Below, piece by piece: positions 1-13,000 of a DNA stretch of 53,613 nucleotides. The notes beneath the pieces were generated by a model, which saw nothing but the letters and a program-made list of their open reading frames with translations, was not told the origin of the DNA and searched no databases. This stretch comes from Nemertoderma westbladi. Lineage: Eukaryota; Animalia; Xenacoelomorpha. The position numbers and the translations under genes are program-made. The stretch is taken from contig JAUCBJ010008771.1 in the NCBI GenBank assembly GCA_032718475.1, positions 1 to 53,613 of the forward strand, given 5' to 3'. Position 1 is the first letter of the stretch; each line of letters starts with the position of its first letter.

Positions 1-1342
1 CCTTACTTTCGGCCTAACAATTAGTAAACTTGTGGATTTCAGTTTCCAACAATTCCATTTAAATCGCACTCTTATATGAACAGAACTTCACAGTCTAGTC
101 CAATATTACAATTGTTTGTGAATTCGAATTGTTTGTGAAACATTTATATGTTTCATCATAATATGAATTTTTTTACAGCTTTGATATTATACTGACATCG
201 TAGATGTTACTGAAAGATGGCACAGCCGAATTTTATTTAGTAGGTATAGGCCCTAGCCAGCAAACTTGTGGTGCTGTATGTTGGTACAGTACATTAATAG
301 TTGTTATGGGTAAAATTAATTATTGCGGAATTTCCGAACAGTAATAATAATGTTAATAACCTACTGTATTGGCTTTAGGATGCATATATTTTGGTGTACA
401 GAATCGATAATGGATATTCCCTGTGTTCCTATTAAAGTACTGATAATGTAATAATATATATGATTATTGCTTATTTGTTTTTTTTCAATAATATAAATAA
501 GGTATTAATTATTATAAAACAAAGAATCTTAATAATGAAATTATGAAGAGTTAATTAAGCCACCGCAAACTGACGTTACCTGGTTACAAGGCGGGAAATT
601 TGAGACTACTACTAAGACTAACACATTAACATGGACTGGCAGACAAGAGTGTGGTTCTATGTACTAATACAGTACTGTGATATTCGTGTAAGTATTTGGG
701 GAGTATCAAGAGAGGTGTGAGAGGCTGATTTTCCTCTATTGCTGCTGGCTTTTCTATTCCTCCGTTTCTATACCAACCACACCCCCCCCCCCCCCCCCTC
801 TCTGTCTACCACCCCCCCCCCCCCCCCTAGCACCCGCACCCCTTGTTACTGTATTGCAAAGGTAAAATAATAAACTGATGTAGGCCTAGTGTCTGAGTGT
901 TGTGAAATATAATATTTAAAACATATTCAGTACCGGTATTAGTTTAAAAAGGCTTATACTTAAAAACGCTACTGGTAGGGGTGCAGTGGGGTGGTATTGG
1001 TATGATCAGATGAATAGACATATAAAACGAAGTAGAGCTTAAAGAACTTATATTTTTATATTGTTACTTTTTGCTTGAATATGCCCTAAAATCGGGAGAA
1101 AAAGTAGTACAGTAGTAGGCCTACTTTTTTTCCCTACTGGTAGGGAAAAAGTTGTCCCCATACTGCCATAATATCTGCATATTGTAACTTTTTGTTGGGC
1201 ACAGCTTTTGCAAAGTCGGCAACACAGCAACCTGCAATAATATTGAATAATATTGCCACATAATAATGTACCATAGAGCCATAATTTTGCATTGATTTTA
1301 CTTTTTCTCCCGGTAAAAAAAGTAAAATAAAACATTGGCACT

Positions 1343-1622
1343 TGTGTCAAATAGGGGACCCTCCTAGCTCCTAATCTGCTAATCCTGAAATCACCTAAAC
1401 TAAAGTCACTTTCACTAGTGCAGTAGTGCCCGGTTACAGGGTGCAGGGTTAGCAAAGCAGCAAAGGAGCAGGTTACAGAGGCAAGAGGTGAGTTGAAAGT
1501 AACCAAAAAACAATAAACAAGAGTTAGGAAAGGAATATTGATATCACCTGCACTAAATTTCAGGATTAGCTGGTGATTTCAGGATTAGCAGATTGGGAGG
1601 GTCACCTATTTGATTTGACACA
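1343..1622. mobile_element. Small palindromic MITE-like element
   Basis: Left arm TGTGTCAAATAGGGGACCCTCC...AATCTGCTAATCCTGAAATCACC is inverted at the right end (GGTGATTTCAGGATTAGCAGATTGGGAGGGTCACCTATTTG...ACACA). No clear TSD. Confidence 0.55.
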
Positions 1623-1809
1623 TTTGGTTGATCAAAATTTTTGATCGAAATTTGAGCAAAATCCATCCCTACACACTATTGCAATGCAACTTTAGTGCCT
1701 GCAAGGTGTAACTCCAGAGATGAGATAAAAGCCTCGAGAATAGGTTAGTGAAAAAGGTTATACTTTTTGCCCAAGTTATAAATGATTCTGGTTCCTCATA
1801 AGGTCAATT

Positions 1810-2213
1810 TAAAAGGATGTATGTATGTATAGTATAAACAAACAGTCACTTAGATTTCTAAAACATTTCAGATGTCTTGATAAGAAAGCAGAGTCTAAAG
1901 ACTGTTTAAAAGAATAGCGATTAGTGATGATGATGTTTCTACTGTGTTCCAGGTCCAGCATGTTCCATATGTTAATGACCCTGATAAAGAAGAGCTGTTG
2001 TATGGAACATGCAGACATGGCAGCTTGGGCAGATGGGCGGGGCATGGCCTTTGCTTCATAATTTTATATATATGGCCAGGTCATGATTGCATTGGATGTC
2101 TGGCTGGGATATTAAAATAGTCTGCGAGGATGTTGCACATTGTTGTAATGGAGGATCAGGTTTAGATCTTTACATATAAGTTTAAAGCACATCATCAAAT
2201 TGAACTTTAATTG
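1810..2213 (-). pseudogene. Degenerate 3' end of a CR1-like LINE ORF2, interrupted by the hAT MITE
   Basis: FFIRVINIWNML resembles the CR1/L2 ORF2 C-terminal FFxxRVxxxWNxL motif. The sequence probably continues beyond 3070. Confidence 0.45.
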
Positions 2214-2221
2214 ATGAATAC

Positions 2222-3062
2222 TAGGGCTCGATCGGAGCTCCGGCCTCCGGCTCCGGCTCCGGCCATTTTGGCACCTCCGGCTCCTGCTCCGGCTCCGGTA
2301 AAAATATTGCCGGAGTTAATTTTTTAATAAAGTATTATATTTCGTGCATATTCTAATCTGAACAATTATTTAACACTATACTGTAGTACCAGAGTACAGC
2401 TTCAATATCAAGGCTGCAAGGTATAATCTGATAATACTGCAGTATTTACTTAAAGTCAATGACTGACTGACTGTACTGCAGTACTGGTACTGCAGTACTG
2501 TCCAGCTGGCTGACTAGCAGACTATTACAGATAGGCCCTACCTGCCTACTGTAAAAAATTGTAAATGCTATGATTGTACACTGTCAGACAGTCAGACTGT
2601 ACCACTGCAGCCATTTACTGCTGTCATGCCAGCATACTGTACTGCAGTACTGGTAGCTGGTACACGTACGGTACGGTAGGCTACCTACAGTACACACCTC
2701 TACTGCTCTACCACAGTTAGACAGTTAGTGAGTTAGGTACTGTAGGTAATTTTTAGCCGTCAGCGTCTAGCCGTCGCCGTCAGCGTCAGCGTCAGGCCGT
2801 CTGTCTGTGATAAATTAATTACTTAAATTTTAAATTAAAATTCGTAAATCTATAAATTATGAAATTAATTAGACCTACAGTAGGATTGATTATGAGCGAT
2901 TGGCGAACGATAACCATACTTCTGTACTTTATTTTTTTAAAAATAAATAATTAAATTTTTTAAATTTTGAAAAACTCCGGCTCCTGCTCCGGCTCCGGCC
3001 AAATTGTCCAACTCCGGCTCCTGCTCCGGCTCCGGCCAAATCCCAACTCCGATCGAGCCCTA
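2222..3062. mobile_element. hAT-type non-autonomous element (MITE)
   Basis: TIRs TAGGGCTCGATCGGAG / CTCCGATCGAGCCCTA, 8-bp TSD ATGAATAC (2214-2221, 3063-3070), subterminal (CTCCGG)n repeats at both ends. Confidence 0.9.
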
Positions 3063-4199
3063 ATGAATACTGCCACTGCAGTAGGTAGTGGTTCCAACTT
3101 GAGAGTCTCCAGTCGTATAGAATAACTAACAAAAGAATCAAGTCCACATATATTGTATAAACCACGTCAACCTTTGCGGCAACATTTGTCTAGAAAGGGG
3201 CTCCAAACTGTGGAAGAATGATGGTACAGTGGTACAGTATTCCAATTGACAGATAGAACTAGGGCAGGCGATTATTACATAAGCCGTAAGCTGATAAGTC
3301 TTCAGGCTGTCAGGAGAGGAATGGCTTCATTTGATATACAAAGTTTTAAAGAGGACATCAACAACCAGAAAATATATTTTTTTCCGAAGATGTGTGATAT
3401 GAATGATGAACAGAACAGATGAATGCCAAAATATGTAAACTTCCAAATTCTGGAATTGATTCAAAATCTACAAGATTTGGTAGGCCTTCCTGAGTCTGTT
3501 CTTCTTACCAACAATAAGGCGGTAAGGATAGCGAAATTCTCCAGTCTTCTGCATTTTTCTCACCAATCACTACTGCACTAACGGACTAAAGTTATTGACT
3601 GTAAGTTGCTGTGCTGTAAGGTTAAGCCTACCCTGCATACATGTCATGTCACAGGTTACACTGGTCACCCATTCTCACCAAGCTATATAAGCACTAAGCA
3701 GCAAAGCCTACTGCTACACCCTACTGCTGGCAGGCTGGTGATGTTGTAAAGAATGGCGAAATTTGAGGTTTTGTCTAAAATTTGAGGTTTAACCTCAAAT
3801 TTCAATTTTCGCCCCCAATAAAAGCATGTTTGCATCGGTGAAATATTTTATTGCATCGATAAAAGTTCTTATTTTACATTATATTTTAACATATTAAAAG
3901 TAGAAGTTGCTCCAACAGTTTCCCTAAGTCGCAGCAACACTCGATATTATGAGCCTAAAAATACCTCAAATTTGAACAAAAAACCCCAATTTTTGACAGT
4001 CTATTACCAGAATTCGAAATTTGGGGTAACCCCAAAATTGATGATCTCCCTGACTGATTAAAACATTACTGCATTATGGCTTAATATTATAACAACACAA
4101 TAATATGGTCCGTAATAATCATTGACGGTCTCGGGATAATTGAATCAATAAAATATATTTGCAGCACATCACCACGCAAACAGGCATCGGACAGATGTT

Positions 4200-5940
4200 C
4201 AAACGACATTAAAATAAGACAGGATACGTTTATGCTTAGATATGAAACTTCCGCAGTTACTGTTGCTGTAGCAGTTTTTAATGAAGTTCATCCCAACAGT
4301 TTCACTGATTGTTAGTGGTTCAGTCTTAGCACGGTTAAAGAGGGAACGTTTACAGTAGGTATAGGTGAGTAGCTGTGCAACTGGGCATTGGGTAATTGCT
4401 TCTGCATTTCGCGTATGCAGAAGTCAAGCCTACATAGTTTGTGTTCGAGCAGCTATTGAACCGCGAGGCTGATTTGATAAGTGATTGTAAGAATGGGACT
4501 GGGCAGCTAGCGACTCTTAGTATGGTACCTATGCACTGTTTGTATACCTCTTGCTGCATTGTGTAGAGGGCGGCATCCAAGTAGATTGTAAATGATCTGG
4601 TTGTTAACGTAGGGGCCGACCAGTAAGAGACCCCGAAGGGCCTTCTGATACTCAATCTCTAATTTGCGGGTTTCGACTTTACTAAGTGATCCCGCCAAGA
4701 ACCGAACTGAGTGGGTGATGGATGGTACTCCTATCATGCGCCAAAGAAATCCGACGGTATCACAGTCCAAATGACGAGTAGTCCAGCTGCGGCGATGAAA
4801 AATATCGGAAGCACGATAAACACACTGGATACACTCCTGAAGGTGGTTGCCATGACCAGTCGGTAATGTGAAGCCAAGGAAGTTCAGTTTCGGGTGAGGC
4901 GGGATCAAGGTGCCCCCGATATTCAGAAAAGTAGGAACTGCGAATTTTGAACAGCCGCTTCCAAGGTGGTAGTTCCATCGAGTTTTGCTGTCCTCCACTT
5001 CCAGATTTGATTCTTGCAGTTTGTCGATAACTATACATACCTGTAATGACCTCAAGGTCAGAAGGTCAGAAGGTCATCTGCGTATGCAACAATTCCCAAC
5101 CACAGATCGGTAAGATTTTCTCCAAAACCAGATTCTTTCAGTTTCTCCAACACGTCCTTGGTGTAGAAATTGAACAACATCGGAGATAGCAAAGATCCTA
5201 GTTTTAATCCTCTAATGAGCTTGATTCCCTGGTCGTTAATGAGACCACCAAATTTCAGATGAGCGACAGTCAGACAGTTTGCATATAATAAGACAACAAA
5301 GCTAAGCATATGTGAGGGTTGATACATTAACCTTCTAAAGAGAATCTGAGAATACTAAGTTCTACATTGTTAAAAGCCCCCGACATATCTAGTTGACATA
5401 TGAAGACACTGGTTCCCTTTTTCCGTTGTGCTTCGAGGAATTCTAGAACACCACTGATTATAACATCTGTCCCGATTTTTCGACGGTATGCAAACTGTGA
5501 GCTAGGGATATGTTTAGCAATTTGGATGAATTCGTGGAGTAATACAGATTCGAAGATCTTACCGAAAATACTAACAGAGGAGATAGGACGATAAGATTTG
5601 CTTAGCAGTGGATCCCTTTCTTTGTCCTTGTACAAACTTGTTACAATAGTTTTACCGAAACAAGGGGGAACTTCACCTAATTTGAAACACATATTAATGA
5701 CATCAGCCATAGTTCGACAGATCAGATCGCAGTCTAGAAGTAAAAAGTGTTCCACTACAAGTGAGTATGCGTCTGGAGATTTGCCTTGACCTAAACTAGA
5801 AATTGCTTTTCTGATTGTTTCTGGTGAAATAATAGGAAGGGTTGCATTGTTCTGTAAAACTCTGAGGTCATTCACGATCTGATTAATGGACTCATCAAAG
5901 GAGGCATCTTGAATATTGTTTGAGACCAGATCGGATTCAA
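4200..5940 (-). pseudogene. Degenerate non-LTR retrotransposon reverse transcriptase (5'-truncated LINE)
   Basis: Consecutive broken ORFs carry YRPIS, QFAYR, LDMSGAFNNV, GSLLSPMLFNFY and AYADD RT motifs. Boundaries approximate. Confidence 0.85.
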
Positions 5941-6050
5941 TTGCGATTTGAGCTGCTGGCAGCTGGTGGAGGGATACTAGAGCCCTATACCAGTAGCAGT
6001 AATGGCTGAATGGATTCCAATTCCATATTTCAGTCTGTCAGTATTTCCAA

Positions 6051-7971
6051 CAGTCGGTGAGAAGTCAAAAATTGGACTTGAGTCCAAAATTGGACTTCGA
6101 CTCCAGTTCAAGTCCAAAATTGGACTTCTGTAAGTCCAATATTGGACTTCAAATCAGCCAATTGTTCCAGGGCCTTGGGTAATAGGATCTTGCGGGATTT
6201 TTTTTCTTTAATCGAAAATATATCAAAAAATAAGAGTTTTGAACAGGGGGACCTGAAATTCACCAGGGGGAACTTTTTTTATAAGGCTTTGAATTTTTAC
6301 AAAAGTCCAATATTGGACTTTAAGTCCAATTTTGGACGTGACATTGAGAATCGAACTTAAAGGTACATGAAGCATGACAGATGAGAGACAGCCAGACAGC
6401 TGTTAAGTTATGGAAAGTTACCTTTGCAGCTCTGTATGTGGTATGCATCTTCAGTGTACTGACTGTACTGTACTTAGAATATGATGGTACATTCTAGCAT
6501 TCTAGGTCAGTAGGTACTTTGTACTTTACTTTTAGCATATTGTTTAATTCACAATTTACATTCATGTTATGTCTAACCTTACAGCCTTATGTACCCAGGA
6601 CTTTATAGTGTCTTTAGGACTAGATTAGATTATGCTCCAACAAATATTTAATTACAAATTATATTTGGTGGATACTGGTAGCAATGCCAGGTTAGCCAAC
6701 TGCAGCTGCTAAGGCTAACTACAGTACAAGCTACGATTTCGTCTAAGGCTATGGGAGCCCTATCAGAAAGAAACACTACTACAAGTTGATGCTACCACCA
6801 TCTCTTCTAATTTTTCCATACAACAGGAAGGGTATTATAAAACAGCTGGATAACAGGATAATGAAATGGGATTAGTAACTGATTAACGCGTTGGGGTCTC
6901 CACATAATAAGTACAGAAGTAACAAGTAACACGTCATAATCATAAACCAATTGAGGGAAAGGAACAGGTTACAGAGGCAGGCTTTTCTAACTAAAACAAT
7001 AAACGGCCACTTTTGACTTTACCAATTGAAGGAGCCCTATAACCTCACCACATACTACTACTACAATCGGCATGATTCATTGCAGCTGCATTATATATAT
7101 AGCAGTATAGGCCCTATTATGTATTAAGAATGCTGTGCCGGCTTGTTGACAAAGGTGCGCCTCCACAACTCCCTTACTGCCTTACACTCTTACAGCCTTT
7201 ATCACCCATGACATTTGCTAGATCATCCGCATCTTCAAGGCCAGTGTCCTTTAAGACAGATGCGTCTCAAGAAAGTCATGGGCTGTCTACCATGCTTATT
7301 CACTCCATGAGGTGCACTGGCTTAAAGCGATGTCCTGCAAAGCGGAGGCGGCTTTGTTCTAGTGTCAAGCTTGGGGTAACCAATGACTGAATGAGACACC
7401 TCCAACTCCAATGTTATCAGGTTATATAGTGTCTGGTTGGAGATGCAGAGATGTGTGCATTGTACTTGACACAGTGAACCTAATCAAAACAATTAGTCAA
7501 TAAACATTAACTCAATAACATAATTAATAGGTTACAGTTTACAGTAGTCTTATTTTTGCCATACGAAAATACCACAGGTATGGCAGTATGGGTATGAATG
7601 AACTATACAGCTATAACTCAACTACGCTACCGCAGTATACAATACACCGCTAAGGCAGTAAGGCTACCGCAAAGCTATACCACTACCGCAAAAAGTAACT
7701 ACTAATGTCTGACTGTACGTGTGCGATCTGCGATCCCTGTTTATAATACATATAATAATTAATTTGATCATTAAAATAATGTTGCATTGTAATTATGTAA
7801 TATATATGTACTGATACGGGATGCAGTTTTGATTTAAATACCGATATACAGTATGGCAGCATGGGTACACTTGGAGTTGTACTAAAGTCCAATATTGGAC
7901 TTTGGAGTCCAAAATTGGACTTGAAGTCTAAAATTGGACTTGAAGTCCAATTTTTGACTTCTCACCGACTG
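6051..7971. mobile_element. Non-autonomous DNA transposon with CAG...CTG ends and 5-bp TSD
   Basis: TIR CAGTCGGTGAGAAGTCAAAAATTGGACTT and its reverse complement ending at 7971. TSD TCCAA (6046-6050, 7972-7976). Subterminal AAGTCCAAWATTGGACTT palindromic repeats. A related right end (ACTTCTCCCCGACTG) lies at ~8112-8126. Confidence 0.85.
7060..7480 (-). mobile_element. RTE-clade LINE 3' fragment (copy 1), scarred by short duplications
   Basis: Aligns by eye to the copies at 24.9-25.2 kb and 40.5-40.8 kb. Confidence 0.85.
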
Positions 7972-9768
7972 TCCAAAGCTAGGCAGCTAGGTGCTAGGCC
8001 CTACTCCAAAAGTTGAATTTTAAACTCTACCGGTACTCCAAAAGTTGAATTTTAATAAAAAGTTGAATTTTAAAATATAAAGTTGGAATTTCAAATTCAG
8101 TTGAAAATAGAACTTCTCCCCGACTGTATATCAGTATATTGCAGTACGGTATTGTATATTATCAAGATCTACCGGTACAGACAGCGGTAGGGTAAGATAC
8201 TCCTATATTCCTGTATTCCCTGATTCCGGCTGTCCGGACATTGTAAATTCCGGACAACTCACTCTGCTGCTCTGTCATTCAAATTCCGGACAAACCACTT
8301 ACAGACTTAAGCACTTCCACTTACCGTATGCCAGTATGCCGTACCGGTCAGCCGGTAGGCCTATTCATTATTCAATACAAATTATAGGCTGATAGGCTGA
8401 CTGACTGATTGGCCTACAACGAAAATAAGAATTCTGCGGTTTTTCTGTAACCTGTCTGCCTGTCAGTCTGTACTTCTACTGCATTGCATTTCTTTTATTG
8501 GGCCTACTGAATTGAGTAATAGACTAGCAGACTAGGCCTAAATGTCTGAATATGTAAAGGCTGAACCTGAAAGGTGAAATGACCCCAGGATAGGATAGTC
8601 AGTTTTCAGTTACAAGGCCTGGCTTTTGCTATATAGCATATATATTATATCTATATATTTTATTATAATGTGTTTTATTACTCTGCTTGCCTGTTGAACA
8701 TAATATTTATTTTTATTCATTGGATCACATAAAGGGCATCAAAATTCAACTAAAACCAATAACCAACAGCCTGTCAGATTGTGCTTTTTAATCATAAAAT
8801 AATATGAAAATTGAACATAATAGGCAAAGTTTATCAAGATGTATAGAAATAACTAATGGCGGTTGGGGCTGCAAATTTAACATATAGTGAACTTATGGGT
8901 GTTGCAATGTTTATGCAAAAATTCAGACTGATACCATTTTGCAGAATAAATTTATCTACTCTGAAAAACACAAAAAAAATGAAAAATTTGAATAATATGT
9001 GACATTCCATCAGCCATATTATATTTCTGATAGCCAGTTGGTATCCAAATTGACCTTTTTAACATATCAGTATAATAATAGAGTTAAATGAGACCATTAT
9101 GAATGGGCAACAGCTTGGCAGACATGTGTTACTGGCCCGATTAAAAAGTAAAAATTTCAATTTTGTAGAATTTTGCCGTAATTTGAAGTACATTGGGAAA
9201 TTTCTGACTGTCAGTTGTATATTTAAATATTTATATTTCAAAACACCTAACAATGATTTTTTCCTGATAAAGTTTTGGCTTTCCAACAGCTAGTCAGATG
9301 GCAGTTATGGGTGATACAAAAATTCCAAATTTCAAAAAATCACAAATTTGAAAAAATAAAAAAGTTCATAATTTTGGAACCAATCAATGAAATCGCATAA
9401 AACTTGGAATTTTCCCATTTTATACAAAGGTATAACTAAAAGATCTGAAAATTTCATGAGAATCTGAGGAGGTCAGAATTTCACTTTGTTGAATTTGGCT
9501 GGAATGACTCTATACTGCTATAGCATATACAGCTATAGTACTAGTAAATTCCTATTATATAGCCTACTATATATACCGGTACGGCCTAAAATGTTGTCGA
9601 TTTGGCCTTAAAAAAAGAGGCCAGTTTTTTTTACACTATTTTAATAATTTGATATGGGGAGAGTTCTATAAATTGTCATTTGCTGCAATTTAGTCAACGG
9701 ACATAATTTAAGTCTCTTCGTTAAGCAAGATACTAAATTTTATGGTAGCTAGTGTTTTAGATAGATTT

Positions 9769-10045
9769 TGTGGCAACGCCAAAGGTTGGTAAGATAAAAG
9801 GTAGGCATAACTTGTGGACTGTATAATATAATAAGTACTGAAATATAATAGGTCGGCAGGTAGGTCGGCATACAGACTGACAGGCATGACAGGTAAGAAG
9901 GCATTTGGTACTGTACCGGTAGGTAAGTACGGTATGTGTACAATAAGGCCATAAAGCATATAATCAAGGTCCATTATATATCTCTACTGTAGTTAAGGAG
10001 TCTTTAAGTCTATAAGTAGGAAAGGAGTCTATAAACGTCGGCACA
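9769..10045 (-). repeat. 3' LTR of element 1
   Basis: Direct repeat of 15654-15930. Confidence 0.97.
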
Positions 10046-10065
10046 CCCCCACGTCGTGATGGAGA

Positions 10066-13000
10066 TCAATCACGAAATCGATCAGGGCGCTTAACAGTTC
10101 GACCGGAACGGGTAATAGTCACATCTGGTGGAGACACATCCAATGGGTGGGGTGCAGAAACTTCATGATTGTCCCCAGGTGGCGCCGAATTGATGGGTAG
10201 GGGGTGGTGCGAGTCAACAACAGTAGTGCCCCCACGGTTGGGAGAGCCGTGAGTGGCTGGCTGATGCAAGCCCCCACGGTCACGGTTGTGAATGTAAGGC
10301 GAGTCACATTCGAGTGGTACAAGCAAGTGCGCAGCGCGAGTTGTTGTACGGCCACGGAGTTTTAGTTCAACAGAATGTGGATAACCATCTTTCCCAATAA
10401 AGATTTGGGTGATGCGGCCAATTGGCCATTGGCCGCGGGGAGTCCAGCCACGGCCCTTGGGAAGAGACTCGCGAACGAATACAATGTCACCAATGGCGGG
10501 TAGTTTGCCATGACCACTACCAGCAGTGCGCCAAGTGCGCAAAGAGGACAGATAGTCATGCGACCACAGCTTCCAAAAAAGGCGGTTGGCTTTATCACGC
10601 TTATACAAGGCAGAGCGAATCAGAGGTGCATCTATGGCATCAGCATCAACAGTTGATACAGGAGGTGGAGCACCATAGATAAAGTTGGCAGGTGTTATGG
10701 GAGGGTGATCAGATGGATCGGATGAAGCAGCAGTAAGTGGCCTCTGGTTAAGAACCGACTCCGTCTCGGCGAGGAAGGCATCCAGTTCAGGCCGAGATAG
10801 AACAGTACCGTGACAAACAGTTCGAAGGCAGGTCTTCACAGAACGAACCAGACGCTCCCAATAGCCACCCCAATGTGGCGAGCGGGCAGGAATAAATCTC
10901 CAAGTAATGACATGAGATGGGAAGCGCATGGTACTGAGGGAAAGAAACGTCTTGGCATTATCAGAGCGGAACTCTACCATCTGAAAAGGTGGGACCCGGC
11001 GAGCAAGAAACTTACGTACTGCAAGATATGCAGATTGTGACTTAAGATTGTCAACAGGTTCAAGGCTGATAGCACGAATGCAGGCACAAGTGAATAAGGC
11101 TACCCAAACCTTGACTTTCCCAGTAGTATAAAGAGGTCCCAAAAAATCAATACCAGTAGTCTGGAAGGGAGCTAAAGCAGTAGAACGAAATGATGGCAGA
11201 CTTGATTCAGGGGGTTTGTATGCAACAGCACGATAGCGTTGACAACGAGGGCATCCATGGACAATCTTACGGACCAAGGAGCGACCCTTAGGTATCCAAT
11301 AGCGGATACGAATCTGAGACAATGTTGCCTCAGGGCCTTGGTGTTGAAGGACTTGGTGGGTTTGCTGAACAATAAGGTATGTTAAGTGGCTACGTTGGGG
11401 AAGTAATATTAATGGGATCTCACCAGTCCGAGGTATAAATACAAGGATTCCATCTTTCAGGAGAGGGTGAAATCGCCAAAGTGGGGAACTCCTAGTGATC
11501 AGCTGATCAGGATTCTTGGTAAGGGATGTGACTTCCCCAGCGAAATATTTATGTTGCTCAACACGAATTAGGAAGTGTAAAGCATGAGTCAGCTCAGTTG
11601 CCCAGGGAAATCCAGAAACTGGGCAGGAACCCGGTCGGGTATTTGACACAAAACGAAAAACCCAAGCCGCAACACGTATAGCATGGGTAATGTCGGAGAA
11701 ACGTGAAATATCAATAGGGCAATCCAATAATGGATCAGGAACTTCTACTGTAAGAAGTTGAGGCGGTGGTGTGGGAACTTGAGGCCAATGGCTTTCAGGT
11801 TCAGTGATGTAGGCAGGACCATGGCGGTACAAATCACTGTTGCACAGTGTAGAAAGATGGGTGCCACGGGAAGGTAAATCAGCAGGATTCAAGGTGGTAG
11901 GCACATATCGCCATTGGGTTGGTAAAGAAAGAGTCGCAATCTCTTGGAGGCGGTTGGATACAAAGACATCCCGTTTCGCAACACCTTTACGGATCCAATA
12001 GAGGACACACAAGGAATCAGTCCAAAGATGCACATGGTCTGGTTGAACGATAGCTGATTGCACATGGTGGAGGAATCGAGCACCAATAAGGGCAGCCAGT
12101 AGTTCTAAACGAGGGGTTGAGTGGGTTGGCTTCAAAGGTGCTGCACGAGATTTGCCGTAATACAAGAAAGACTGAAGTCTAGGCTGGACAACATATGCCA
12201 AGAAACCATAGGCATGAGATGAGCTATCACAAAATATGTGAAGGTGAGAGGATGGGGTGATATGAACACACCTTGGAAAAGTAACTATCTGGTCAGCTTC
12301 TTTAGACCAGGACAACCACTCAGATTGTAAATCAATAGGTAAAGGAGTATTCCAACCTCCACCCACTTTCCAGGAACGTTGAAGTAGAAGACGGGGGCGA
12401 ATAGTCCAAGGACACAATAAACCAAGAGGGTCAAAGACTTTGGCTAGAGAACGAAGCAGTTCCCGGCGGTTAAAGATGGTGGGTGGTTTGATAACACTAG
12501 TATTAACATAGATTATGTCAAGTGTCGGATCTAATGATAGGCCAAGAACCTTACAAGGGGAATCAATGACCTTAAGCTCCATCGCAGCATTGCTAAACAG
12601 ACAAACAGAATCATGAAGGAACTTGTCTGCTTCGTATTGGGAATCTCCACTCCAGACAACATCATCACAAAGGAGTGATTCAACCAACTGGCGGGCAAAG
12701 GTGGGATCAGCATTCTGGTAGATATGGGATAGAACGGTAGAATGAAGGTGATAGGAACTAAATGCCAATCCGAAAGGGACACGTTTGAACTGGTAATATC
12801 CACCTTTCCAAAGAAACTTAACCCAAAGTCTATCTGAGGGGTGAAGTTCGACCTGGTGGAAGGCTGTGACTACATCAGCCACTACAATAAATGGGCGAAG
12901 ACGAAAGCGAAGTAGTATATCAGTCAATGGGGCCAAAAGGTTGGGGCCAGAATCTAAGCAAGAGTTGAGACTGACACCTTTGCAGTCAGTGCTAGATCCA

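Noticed and set aside
9708-9974. 88-aa/90-aa ORF pair (also 15587-15859)
   Set aside because: Chance frames across the element 1 LTRs.
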